Assembly (NCBI GenBank): GCA_032718475.1
Contig: JAUCBJ010006752.1
Coordinates: 1 to 64,000, forward strand
Origin: Nemertoderma westbladi
Lineage: Eukaryota > Animalia > Xenacoelomorpha
Direction of reading: 5' to 3'
Length of the DNA stretch: 64,000 nt
Shown here: one piece after another, positions 1 to 11,490 of the stretch
How the letters are laid out: each line of letters opens with the position of its first letter
Numbering within the stretch: the stretch's first letter is position 1
Notes under the pieces: model-generated
What the model saw: the letters and a program-made list of their open reading frames with translations, nothing else
Told to the model about the DNA's origin: nothing
Databases searched by the model: none
Translations under genes and position numbers: made by a program

Positions 1-891
1 ACTAATTTTATATGAAATGTTTACGATTCACAACATTTTGTGTAAACAGTTTTAGCGACTTTTATTCATTACAATTTTGTAACAGTAAAACTCTTTACGG
101 TACACTCAAAGAAATGTCAGTATTTATAAGGAAGAGAAATAATGTATTTGAACCAAACTTTATAACTTTAATCTTTACTTCCTGAACCTACAGTATGTGG
201 CTCGCCCCAATGTTTCAGGAAGTAAGTAGCAGACAGATTAATCTAATGGTTGGTTCTATAATTACAGCCACTTCTACGTTTGTGACAATTCTCCCCCTAG
301 CGGTAGATAGAGGAACTATAAACTAAGGAAATAAACTGAGGAACTGTAGAATTTCTAAACTTTTCGTAGTCTACATGTGTACCAAGTTTGGTTTAATTTC
401 ATCAAGGAATGACTGAGTTATTAGCGATCAAAAATTGGACGACGACGACAGACAACTCGTTAATGGTAGCCCTTTAGTTAGTTATTGTAGTTCGTTCCTA
501 CAACAATACCTTTACAGATAGTATAAAACAACGAGAGACTTTAATATTTAACTTAAGGGAGACTTTAATACATTGATGATTTAAAGTTCTCTCTATATTA
601 AGGGAGACTTTAATTCATTGAGTCGAATTAAAATCTCATATAATGGGAGACATAAATTAACTGTATAATTTAAAATATTCTATAAATGGGAGACATTAAT
701 TCTAAATAGATGATAAAAATGTTAGGGAATATAAAAACCAAATATATGCCATAGTTATTAGGCATATTTATGTGAATTGTAATTTATTGACCGCGACGGC
801 ACTTAGCCCTTGAAATAAATTTAATCATTTAATTCATTATAAATTAAACATAACTAATTTAAAGAAGAGTACTAATTGATTGTTATTTCAG

Positions 892-1086
892 GTTGTGGAC
901 ATAGAAGACGAATCTGGAAACGAAAACGATATGATATTGTGTATACCAAAACAAACCTATACAACCTACCACCATAAAGAATATTGCGATATTATAGAAA
1001 AAAGCTTTTGCGATAGAACATATACAAACAATAATTGCAAAGTCATTTGCTGCCATTTTGACCTTTGCAACAAATTTGAAATTTAA
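892..1086 (+). CDS. Terminal exon of an LU (Ly6/uPAR, three-finger) domain protein
   Basis: Acceptor ttatttcag ends at 891. Cys-rich frame ending CKVICCHFDLCNKFEI*, the CCxxDxCN signature. No GPI signal follows. Upstream exons not identified. Confidence 0.65.
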   Translation, partial: VVDIEDESGNENDMILCIPKQTYTTYHHKEYCDIIEKSFCDRTYTNNNCKVICCHFDLCNKFEI

Positions 1087-1329
1087 CTATTTTAAATACA
1101 GTATGTTGGCATGACTACATACTACTGTACTTGTGTTGCTAGACGATGGAAAGGAATATATAATGGAGTATTACTGGTTTTTGTGTCTACAGTAGTGTAG
1201 GCTTACAAAAGCATTTTTATTATATATCTTATATCTAGGCTCTCTATCTATGCTGTCTATATCTATTTATCAGTTATATTAATAAATTGCTTTTTCGGGC
1301 GAATAAATTACAAACCGTAATAAACATAG

Positions 1330-1690
1330 AGAACATTAAATAATTATTTAACATTGAGTAAGGCAGCATCGGGAGTTGAAAAGTACAATAATTGGATTGG
1401 CAGTGGAAGCAATATGGTAAAATACTGCAGTTAAATTTCTTTTACTTAAAAATTAAGCAACAAAAAGTACCAATTTAAGAATAAAATTACATGTTACATA
1501 GGAAATCACCAACCATTTGTTTCAATATTATCTCGATTCAACCATTTATTAACCTCGCTGGCGCTTAAAAAATGCTTCGAGACTAGGGAAAAAAAGTTCC
1601 GATTTTTTCCTGTGTTCTAAATAATTATTATTATTCCAAGTAAAATATAGTTTGAGTATTCAAGTGAGTTAATTCAGTTGCTTAAAAGGT
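1330..1690. repeat. Interspersed repeat family A (partial copy)
   Basis: aacattgagtaaggcagcatcgggagttgaaaagtac...aatactgcagttaaattt recurs at about 22900 and 28480. Confidence 0.7.
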
Positions 1691-1959
1691 TCATTACTTT
1701 CTAGAAAAAGCTAAAGGAAAATTAACGCACGTTCACTCACTATTCCGTTGCTTGACACATAGGTCTCAGTACAATGATGTATTTTTTCAGTTTTCAAGGA
1801 AACTGAGAAATAGAACAACGTAATTCAGACGCAGAATAGGTTATATAATACGGTTCATAACTTTCAAATAATCCTCTAACCTTTTGTTGAATTTCTTTAT
1901 TTAATGGTCCCACATTACCAACGTAATTCTTTATTTCTTCCCATTTTTTTGCTCCTTTA

Positions 1960-2240
1960 ATCTTTTCATTAACTTCTCCTACGTCCATGTGCTCGAACTG
2001 ATCATTTTGGTTTATATTAACTTTAATAATAGTTCCCTTAAAGTAACCAGCCAGTAGATAATTTCCCTCAGGGTGGAAGTCAATAGATTGGAACGCGTGA
2101 TTCCCAACCCCCACCTGAGCCTCAAACTCCCTCAATACTGTACCGCTTTCTCCATCTACAGTACAGGCCACCAGAAAAAGCAGATTTCATCCAATGTGAT
2201 CACATGTGAACACATTTGTTCAAGTCATCTGATTGGCAGG
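1960..2240 (-). pseudogene. Degenerate WD40-repeat fragment
   Basis: GESGTVLREFEAQ...HAFQSIDFHPEGNYLLAGYFKGTI resembles a WD40 blade. There is an in-frame stop just upstream and no clean start. Confidence 0.4.
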
Positions 2241-2449
2241 TTATGGCGAGTTATCTTCTAGATCACACAGCAGGAGGCTGACTTGCTGGGACCGACAAAG
2301 GGTTTGTGTGCGGTGCGCCTGTATGTCTGATATCAGGTAGATGAGAGAGCCCCCAGTGCGTAACATTGCGGACATGGGCTGTATTGGTAGAGAGAGAACT
2401 ACATACAAGACCACATGGAGGTTCATGGAGTGTATATAGAGACTACTAA

Positions 2450-3015
2450 CCGCATGTTTGTGCACTTCCATTCCTTCTCGTGGCTGGCCACCTTAATGTC
2501 ATCCATAACCAGGGGGACCCACCCGCCGAATATAAACATACGATTGTTTATGGAGGCGGAGGAATGTAAACTCCGTGGTAGCGGTGGGGTCCCGTCAATC
2601 TCGGGTTTAGTCCAAGTCGAACTGTCTGTTAAATAAAAATATAAATGAACCGCTACCTTTTTAACTTCCTGGGCACTTTCTGGAAGGAGTCCGAATTTTG
2701 TGACATTATGTGGGATGTTTTCATCTCCGTTACCTCAAAATAATAGCAACTTTATAATTAAAAAAATGTTTAAATGTGAAATTTTGCCTGTTTGTGTTTA
2801 TTTTCATTTTGTGGGAAATAAATATTTGCTTTTATTTAAGGCGTTTTTTTTTTACAATTTTTTATGCACGAACAAACCCACTAATCATACGATTAATGTT
2901 TGCAAATGTGAAACTAACCGACGTCGTATATCCAGAGGTCGCCCAGACGACAGCCACTCATCCCGCCGTACACAATAATCCGCGGGTTGAGCGCCACGCC
3001 GTCCGAGTAGTGATA
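2450..3015 (-). pseudogene. HCFC1: Orphan fragment of host cell factor 1 Kelch domain (two exons, about 3015-2919 and 2625-about 2450)
   Basis: Spliced translation RIIVYGGMSGCRLGDLWIYDV|[57 protein letters not shown] closely matches the recalled HCF1 sequence. The GT(2918)..AG(2626) phase-1 intron is intact. Similarity stops abruptly on both sides. Confidence 0.75.
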
Positions 3016-3886
3016 GGCCAATTTCAAAATTTGAGTGGTAAACTGTACTACTTTGGTTGTGTTTATGATCAAAATCTTAAAAGATGGGTCTGTATTAGAT
3101 CTAGACATCTTTCAACAGGGAAGACCGAAACATAGAACACGGAAGAGGTTTACCGAATCCAAGATATGGCAGAAAACATGGTGGCCGAAGTGAAAATGTC
3201 AAGTTGGGTAACTTATGCCACTTGTGGTTTTTCTTCCAAATATTTTACTGTGGGCAGAGTGGCTTTAGTTGTACCAGTTTAAAAAGTATACCATGTGAAA
3301 GAGCGTTAAAAATTCCACATTATGACATGCCATATACATACTAGAGTGATATTGTATCATCAATAATTGAAATGATTATTATTTATTAAATAATTATTTT
3401 TACGTTCAGTCACCTTTTGAAAGTTTTGAGCGAATGACATGGTTTTAGTTCAGCATGAAAAGCATACCACGTGAAAGAGCGTTAAAAAGGCTACATTTTA
3501 ACATGTCATATATACCCGTACTTCTGGACTGATTTTGTATCAGCAACAATTGAAATGTTTATTATTTAAGAGTAAATACACAGTTAACAGTACGAGGGTC
3601 TTAGGTTCGCGGCTTAATTATCTTTAATTATTACTGCTACTTGTTATTATTATCGAAAGTTTCATCTGGATGCGGTAAGAGTATCCGAAGGAAAAAAATA
3701 AGATTCGATTTTTCATACTTCGCTGTGACTCTATTCTCTATTTAGTTATCAGAATATATAAAAGGAACTAGGCTATGAAATGAAAATATTTACTGAATTA
3801 TAGTATTTGAGCCTCTTCAACTGACAACTGGACAGACAGACTGATGACAGACACAGACAAAACGTTATCAACAATAGTTTTAAATC

Positions 3887-5730
3887 ATGTTGGTTAGGTT
3901 GGTGTATCTGTACACCGATATGTTGGTTAGGTTGGTGTATCTGTACACCGTTATGTTGGTTAGGTTGGTGTATCTGTACACCGTTATGTTGGTTGGTTGT
4001 TATATCTGTACACCGTTATGTTGGTTGGTTGGTGTATCTGTACACCGTTATGTTGGTTGGTTGTTAAATCTGTACACCGTTATGTTGGTTAGGTTGGTGT
4101 ATCTGTACACCGTTATGTTGGTTAGGTTGGTGTATCTGTACACCGTTATGTTGGTTGGTTGTTATATCTGTACACCGTTATGTTGGTTAGGTTGGTGTAT
4201 CTGTACACCGTTATGTTGGTTAGGTTGGTATATCTCCTGTACACCGATATGTTGGTTAGGTTGGTGTATCTGTACACCGATATGTTGGTTAGGTTGGTAT
4301 ATCTGTACTGTACACCGTTATGTTGGTTAGGTTGGTATATCTGTACTGTACACCGTTATGTTGGTTAGGTTGGTATATCTGTACACCGTTATGTTGGTTA
4401 GGTTGGTATATCTCCTGTACACCGATATGTTGGTTAGGTTGGTATATCGGTACACCGTTATGTTGGTTAGGTTGGTATATCTGTACTGTACACCTTTTAT
4501 GTTGGTTAGGTTGGTATATCTGTACACCGATATGTTGGTTAGGTTGGTATATCGGTACACCGTTATGTTGGTTAGGTTGGTGTATCTGTATCTGTACACC
4601 GTTATATTGTTTAGGTTGGTGTATCTGTACACCGTTATGTTGGTTAGGTTGGTATATCTCCTGTACACCGATATGTTGGTTAGGTTGGTATATCGGTACA
4701 CCGTTATGTTGGTTAGGTTGGTATATCTGTACTGTACACCTTTTATGTTGGTTAGGTTGGTATATCTGTACACCGATATGTTGGTTAGGTTGGTATATCG
4801 GTACACCGTTATGTTGGTTAGGTTGGTGTATCTGTATCTGTACACCGTTATATTGGTTAGGTTGGTGTATCTGTACACCGTTATGTTGGTTAGGTTGGTA
4901 TATCTCCTGTACACCGATATGTTGGTTAGGTTGGTATATCGGTACACCGTTATGTTGGTTAGGTTGGTATATCTGTACACCGTTACGTTGGTTAGGTTGG
5001 TATATCTCCAGTACACCGTTATGTTGGTTAGGTTGGTGTATCTGTACACCGTTATGTTGGTTAGGTTGGTATATCTGTACACCGATATGTTGGTTAGGTT
5101 GGTATATCGGTACACCGTTATGTTGGTTAGGTTGGTATATCTCCTGTACACCGATATGTTGGTTAGGTTGGTATATCGGTACACCGTTATGTTGGTTAGG
5201 TTGGTGTATCTGTATCTGTACACCGTTATATTGGTTAGGTTGGTGTATCTGTACACCGTTATGTTGGTTAGGTTGGTATATCTGTACACCGTTATGTTGG
5301 TTAGGTTGGTATATCTCCTGTACACCGTTATGTTGGTTAGGTTGGTGTATCTGTACACCGTTATGTTGGTTAGGTTGGTGTATCTGTACACCGTTATGTT
5401 GGTTAGGTTGGTATATCGGTACACCGTTATGTTGGTAAGGTTGGTGTATCTGTACACCGATATGTTGGTTAGGTTGGTATATCTGTACACCGTTATGTTG
5501 GTTAGGTTGGTGTATCTGTATCTGTACACCGTTATATTGGTTAGGTTGGTGTATCTGTACACCGTTATGTTGGTTAGGTTGGTGTATCTGTACACCGTTA
5601 TGTTGGTTAGGTTGGTGTATCTGTACACCATTATGTTGGTTAGGTTGGTGTATCTGTACACCGTTATGTTGGTTAGGTTGATATATCTATACACCGTTAT
5701 GTTGGTTAGGTTGGTATATCTATACACCTT
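3887..5730. repeat. 33-bp minisatellite (about 52 copies, with 36-39-bp variants)
   Basis: Unit ATGTTGGTTAGGTTGGTGTATCTGTACACCGTT; it accounts for the MLVRLVYLYTV / YRYTNLTNITV ORFs. Confidence 0.97.
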
Positions 5731-6243
5731 ATGAGTATAGTTTAATACAGAGACCATGATCCCCCTTCGAGAAAAGGGGCAACTCAAAATACCTATATTT
5801 TTCCTCGAAAAAACTTAACTTTTTTAAAATATGAAATACAACATATTAACTAGAAAATAGCAGCAATATTAGGCGTTTAACGTATAGTCTGATTGTTGTG
5901 CTTTCGATTAAGACCATTTCCATGTAACCATGTGAGCTGTGCATTACAGTACTTTTCAATTTGGAAATGAAAATAGTAAACTTTTCAAAAATGGCCTAAG
6001 TTACCCCACTGGCCTAAGTTACCCCACACCACGGTAACTGAGCCTCTTGCTGCGCGAAGGCCCCACGAACGTGTATTATTAGTAGTGAAAAACAAGGTAA
6101 TTATTTATTTTTAATTAATGGGCATTAAAGAAGTTGATTCGTTAATTAGATTTATATGAAATGAGTGGAAAATAAGTACAATTAAATAAAAAAATGAGCT
6201 TAAGAAGGATGTTAGTTTTTTTACCCAATTCTTGTTTGGACAG

Positions 6244-6759
6244 GGGATAAAGATTCAACAAAGAGTTGATGGATCTGTTGACTTCTATCGAAACTGGACT
6301 GAATACGTTGAAGGATTTGGCGACCCGAATACCAATTTTTGGTTGGGGTTGGAGAAGATCCACAAGCTGAGTGATGGCGGGGTGAAGTTGAGAGTCGATT
6401 TGTGGTACAACAACGAACACAAATATGCGGAATACAACAACTTCTCTATCGGATCAGCTGCAACTAATTATCGCCTATTTGTATCCGGTTACCGTGGTAC
6501 TGCTGGTAACGCATTGTTATATCACAACCGTATCCCATTCAGCACCAAGGACCGCGATAATGACTGGTGGAACATCGGCAACTGCGCCGTAGATTATACT
6601 GGAGGGTGGTGGTACAGGGCCTGCATGGCCAGTAACTTGAACGGAGAATATGGTGTGGAGGATGATAAAGGATCTTATTGGTATCATGTTACTGAAAAGA
6701 GTCCGGCTTCTCGAGTTGAAATGAAGATTTATTACAGGCAACAACCTTTGACCCCGTAG
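6244..6759 (+). CDS. Fibrinogen C-terminal domain (FReD; ficolin/tenascin/angiopoietin-like) exon, 3' end altered by a transposon insertion
   Basis: IQQRVDGSVDFYRNWTEYVEGFG..FWLGLEKIH..FSTKDRDND..CA..GGWWY..C..SNLNG..VEMKI motifs. Acceptor at 6243 or 6252. The stop codon lies inside the inserted element. Confidence 0.85.
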   Translation, partial: GIKIQQRVDGSVDFYRNWTEYVEGFGDPNTNFWLGLEKIHKLSDGGVKLRVDLWYNNEHKYAEYNNFSIGSAATNYRLFVSGYRGTAGNALLYHNRIPFSTKDRDNDWWNIGNCAVDYTGGWWYRACMASNLNGEYGVEDDKGSYWYHVTEKSPASRVEMKIYYRQQPLTP

Positions 6760-7326
6760 GAATTTTATATATGACTCAACTACCCTACATAGATGTTTAG
6801 TACAGTGGGACATTAAAAAAATTTGGGTAGATTTCACCAAATGGTTGCGCTCGTTTTTTAGGGGGTATTAAACATAGCAACGGAGAAAATTACCATAGCA
6901 ACAGCTCTTATAGTAGATATGACGAGTTAAATTGTTTGAAGATTTTTTGCGACGGGATCCTGGTTGGCTAGTGGGATCCCAACCGGATTGATTGGTGTAG
7001 TGTTTCTGCGTCGCCGCGTTGATAATATTGAAGGCCGAAGGCCGGGTGTTAAACATCGTTGTTAATGATAGCTTGCAATATTTACCGTTAAACAGATTAC
7101 AGCTCATTCAGTATAATTAAATAGGCTACGGACGACGGTGAAAACTGTGCGACATCCTACCTGAATAATATAGACAACTGAGTTGGTAGGCACGTAATAT
7201 CAATATATGGAAATAGGGAAAACACATTAGATATGCTTTAACACGTATAATTGGCCAACACATCCCAATTGCCACTTGTGGCCCTCCCATTGGTCGGTTA
7301 ATATCGCCCCATATGCCCTATCTCCC

Positions 7327-7689
7327 TTGAGCCTATGATAGCCTGTATTCCCTGAGGTAGGCTGTTAAACCACCTCTTGGCTAGCCCTATTACATCATCC
7401 ATTCTCAGGTATGCTTTATTGGCTGCATACCTTAACTCATTGATAACTTGAGCCTATGATAGCCTGTATTCCCTGAGGTAGGCTGTTAAACCACCTCTTG
7501 GCTAGCCCTATTACATCATCCATTCTCAGGTATGCTTTATTGGCTGCATACCTTAACTCATTGATAACTTGAGCCTATGATAGCCTGTATTCCCTGAGGT
7601 AGGCTGTTAAACCACATCTTGGCTAGCCCTAGTGCATCATCCATTCTCAGGTATGCTTTATTGGCTGTATACCTTAACTCATTGATAAA
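7327..7689. repeat. 121-bp tandem repeat x3 inside an insertion in the left foldback arm
   Basis: cttgagcctatgatagcctgtattccctgagg... starts at 7327, 7448 and 7569. Confidence 0.9.
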
Positions 7690-8065
7690 TCAGTTCACCC
7701 CCCATTTATTGGTAGGAAGTGTATAACGGAATGGATCCGCTTACATACAGTATTTTGGATATGAAGAATTTAATGGCATATTTAGTACCATACCATAGTA
7801 CAATACCATAGCAACTAAGTGAAAACAACCTTCAAAGTTAGCACTATTGACAATTTCCTTAGCAACGGGCTTTAAACGGGCGTAATGCATTTGCAGTATT
7901 CTTAACGTCATCGGATCAGAGTCTACCACCAATATATCAAGTCTAAGGAACAATATGCACTACTTGCTTGTTTGCATTTGCCATGGCAACGGGTAACTTT
8001 GGCTAGATACATGCTATATATTAGCGGTAGCGTCATTAAAATCAACCTCCGCAACCCCCACTATA

Positions 8066-8342
8066 TAAAAGTAAAAGTAAAGTAAATTTTCTTCGGCCGC
8101 TAGGCCAGGGATTACGCACAAAGTCTGACGACTTATTTCCAGTGCGGTCCCCACATAACTTTACTCCCCAGAGGAAACTCCAGTACTCATTTAGCTACCA
8201 CGTAAGGATGCAAGGCAGAGATGCGCCCTGGCTGGTCCCTTTAAACGTGCCGAAACGAAAACTGCCCTGGCCCATTCGAGGATCGAACCCACGACCTACG
8301 GGAGATGTGAATTCAATGCAACCACTACACCAAGGTGGAACC
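8066..8342 (-). mobile_element. tRNA-derived SINE
   Basis: Minus strand has A box TGGTGTAGTGG, B box GGTTCGATCC and a (TTTAC)n-like tail. Absent from the mirrored right arm. Confidence 0.7.
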
Positions 8343-10399
8343 TATAACATATCGATATAAGGAAAAATATGCAATATGTTTCAGTTTCTAGATGCCATGG
8401 CAACTTGTCAGAATTGTTAACAAAGTGTTTTTCATATCACTCTTAAACTAAATAAGAGTACATAAGATTGCCCATTTTGAGTGTGGTTTCATGATAAGCC
8501 TACTTGTATTTAGAGATATTACATTTGTCATCACTTTATGTACTACTGTGTAACATTCTTAAAGAAATAAAATTACATTGTGTTAAGAATTGCAAGTAAC
8601 AGTGCAGTAATCAGTGCACATAATACAGTTAGGCCTACAAGAACAATTAAACAGTGAGCATGCAAACCGCTAGGGGGCTACATGTGTAAACATTAAATGT
8701 TCTTCCATTTCTTTGCTTTTATTCCGTTCAAGGTAAAACTTGGCAGATATGTACGAGACCACAGTTGTATATTTCAAGGGAGACTGAGGCTAATCCGTTT
8801 GCAGTTCTCAAGTCTACCGACAGAGTGCGAAATGTCTAATATATATATACTGTATATAAAAGAGCGCATTCGAATTTATATGGTTTTTTCAATATATCGT
8901 TTTTGACATATAAGAGAGGTTGATATATTATGTATGGCACGCGTCCACTAGCGGCTAACTGGAGAACTGCTGGCCGATCAACCTCCTGGCAAAGTCGCAG
9001 CATTTGGTCTAGTACATTATCTGCCAAGTTTTACCTTAACGAACGGAATAAAAGCAAAGAAATGGAAGGACAATTAATGTTTAGACATGTAGCCCCCTAG
9101 CGGCCGGCATGCGCACTGTTCTTGTTCTTGAAGGCCTAGTCCTAACGGTGTTATGTGCACTGATTACTATCGTAATTGCAATTTTTAACACAATGTAATT
9201 TCACTTATTTAAGAATGTTATAGGGCATAAAGTTATGACAAATGAAATATCTCTAAATATACAGTATGATCATGTAAACTTCACTCAGATTTCAAAATGC
9301 GCTCTTTTATGTAGTCAAAACAGCTAAGTGATATGAAAAACACTTCGTTGACAATTCTGACAAGTTGCCATGGCATCTAGAAACTGAAACATATTGCATA
9401 TTTTTTCTTATACTCGATATAGTGGGGGTGGAGGTTGATTTAATGACGCTACTGCTAATATATAGCCCGTTTCTAGCCAAAGTTACCCGTTGCCATGGCA
9501 ACTGCAAGCAACAAGCAAGTAGTGCATAGGCGTATTGTTCCTTAGACTCGATATATTGGTGGTAGACTCTGATTCTATAACTCTACGACCACTACATATG
9601 CATTACACCCGTTTAAAGCCCGTTGCATTGTCAATACTGCTACAGTAACTTTGGAATGTAGTTTTCACTTGGTTGCTATGGTATTTTCAAAAAACTAAAT
9701 GTGCCATTATATTCTTCATATCCAAAATAGTAAACTTTCATAAATTTTAACTCCTCACATCTACTATAAGAGCTGTTGCAATGGCAATTTTCTGCGTTGC
9801 AATGTTTAAGACCCCCTAAAAGACGAGCGCAACCATTTGGTGAAATTGGTGAAATTTGGTGATGGTTTTTTAATAATTTTATATTTTAAATGTCCTATAC
9901 TGTATCTGTTCTAAACATATATGTTTGGTAGATGTGTTATATATAAAATTCCTACGGGGTCATAGGCTGGAGCCAGTACAAGTTTGGATTTAATAAAACT
10001 GTAAGTTTTATATAAAATTACTAATAATTTCAATAGAACTAACAAACAACTAAACTAGAAACTGGATAACTACTGAAGATTGGAAACTAACTATTACATT
10101 TAATTATAAAATTAATTTTTATTCTACTGAGTAAAACCATTTACAGTGGGTAGGAAACGCAAAGTGTAAAAAATTTAACATTTAATTTTATTTCACAAAA
10201 TTCCTAATGACCTCCATCACCATCTTTATGAAATATTCTGCTATATGGTTTTGCTTTATAGAATTTCCTATAACATTTCTATATGGAAAATAAATAAAAA
10301 ATACGATATGATATATTTGGGTAGTTCCTGGATAAATATGTTAACGTTTTTTTTACTCTAAATTTACTTACTTTAATGTTTTTATAATTTATTTTTCAG

Positions 10400-10642
10400 T
10401 TTGAATTCCCAATGAGTTGTAGAAGAGATACTGAACCTTGGTCTACAGTTTTATATTATTCATTAAACACAACTGTTATATGTTACCAGTTTATATGTTA
10501 TGTGGTTATTGGTTTATGTTTGGTTAATATTTACAATATAAATTCCTTAATTATGGGAAGATGTGATGGAATAACAATGTTTATTGTTTGGATAGAAAAG
10601 CCCGTTGCTGTAACCTGCTCCTTTCCCTCATTTGGTAGGTAA
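10400..10642 (+). CDS. Putative downstream exon of the FReD gene with a hydrophobic C-terminal segment
   Basis: Acceptor ttatttttcag at 10399 is phase 0 and compatible with the donor at 10001 once the transposon is removed. Reads FEFPMSCRRDTEPWSTVLYYSLNTTVICYQFICYVVIGLCLVNI. Confidence 0.4.
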   Translation, partial: FEFPMSCRRDTEPWSTVLYYSLNTTVICYQFICYVVIGLCLVNIYNINSLIMGRCDGITMFIVWIEKPVAVTCSFPSFGR

Positions 10643-11490
10643 AAACAACGTTTATTGTTTTGTTTAGAAAAGCTCGCCTCTGTAACCTACTCCTTTCCGT
10701 AAATTGGTAGATAACAAGACAACAACGTTTATTGTTTTGGTTAGAAATGCCCGCTGATGTGACGTGCTCCTATCTCTCAATTGGTAGGTTAAAACAATGT
10801 ATTGTTTTGTTTAGAAAAGCCGCCTGCCTCCGTAGACTACTCCTCTCCTTCAATTGGTAGATAACAACGTTTATTGTTTTGTTTAGAAAAGCCCGCCTCT
10901 GTAACCTGCTCCTTTCCCTCAATTGGTAACAATATAGTTTATTGTTTTGGTTAGAAAAGCCGCCTCTGTAACCTGCTCCTTTCCCTCAATTGGTAACAAT
11001 ATCGTTTATTGTTTTGGTTAGAAAATCCCGCCACTGTAACGTGCTCTTCTTCCTCAATTGGTAACAATATAGTTTATTGCTTTGGTTAGAAAAGCCCGCC
11101 TCTTTAACCATCTCCTCTCCCTCAATTGGTAACAATATCGTTTATTGTTTTGGTTAGAAAAGCCCGCCTCTGTAACCTGCTCCTTTCCCTCGATTGATAG
11201 GCAACAACAACGTTTATTGTTTCGTTTATAAAAGCCCGCCTCTGTAACCTGCTCCTTTTCCTCAATTGGTAACAATATCGTTTATTGTTTTGGTTAGAAA
11301 AGCCCGCCTCTGTAACCTGCTCCTTTCCCTCAATTGGTAACAATATCGTTTATTGTTTTGGTTAGAAAATCCCGCCTCTGTAACCTGCTCCTATCCCTCA
11401 ATTGGTAACAATGTCGTTTATTGTTTTGGTTAGAAAAGCCCGCCTCTGTAACCTGCTCCTTTCCCTCTATTGGTAGGTAAAAATAACGTC
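10575..11490. repeat. Satellite of about 68 bp; related copies at 24400-24740 and about 39975
   Basis: Unit gtttattgttttggttagaaaagcccgcctctgtaacctgctcctttccctcaattggtaacaatatc. Confidence 0.9.

Larger units (their letters stand above)
6735..9976. mobile_element. Foldback/palindromic non-autonomous DNA transposon with about 1-kb imperfect inverted arms and TA flanks
   Basis: Left end TA|caggcaacaacctttgaccccgtaggaattttatat mirrors right end atataaaattcctacggggtcataggctggagccag|TA. The arms mirror inward to about 8830/8945. The left arm is interrupted by later insertions. Confidence 0.8.

Noticed and set aside
3887-5787. Long ORFs (up to 486 aa) of MLVRLVYLYTV / YRYTNLTNITV / CTPLCWLGW repeats
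   Set aside because: They are translations of a 33-bp minisatellite, open in several frames on both strands, with no independent coding evidence.
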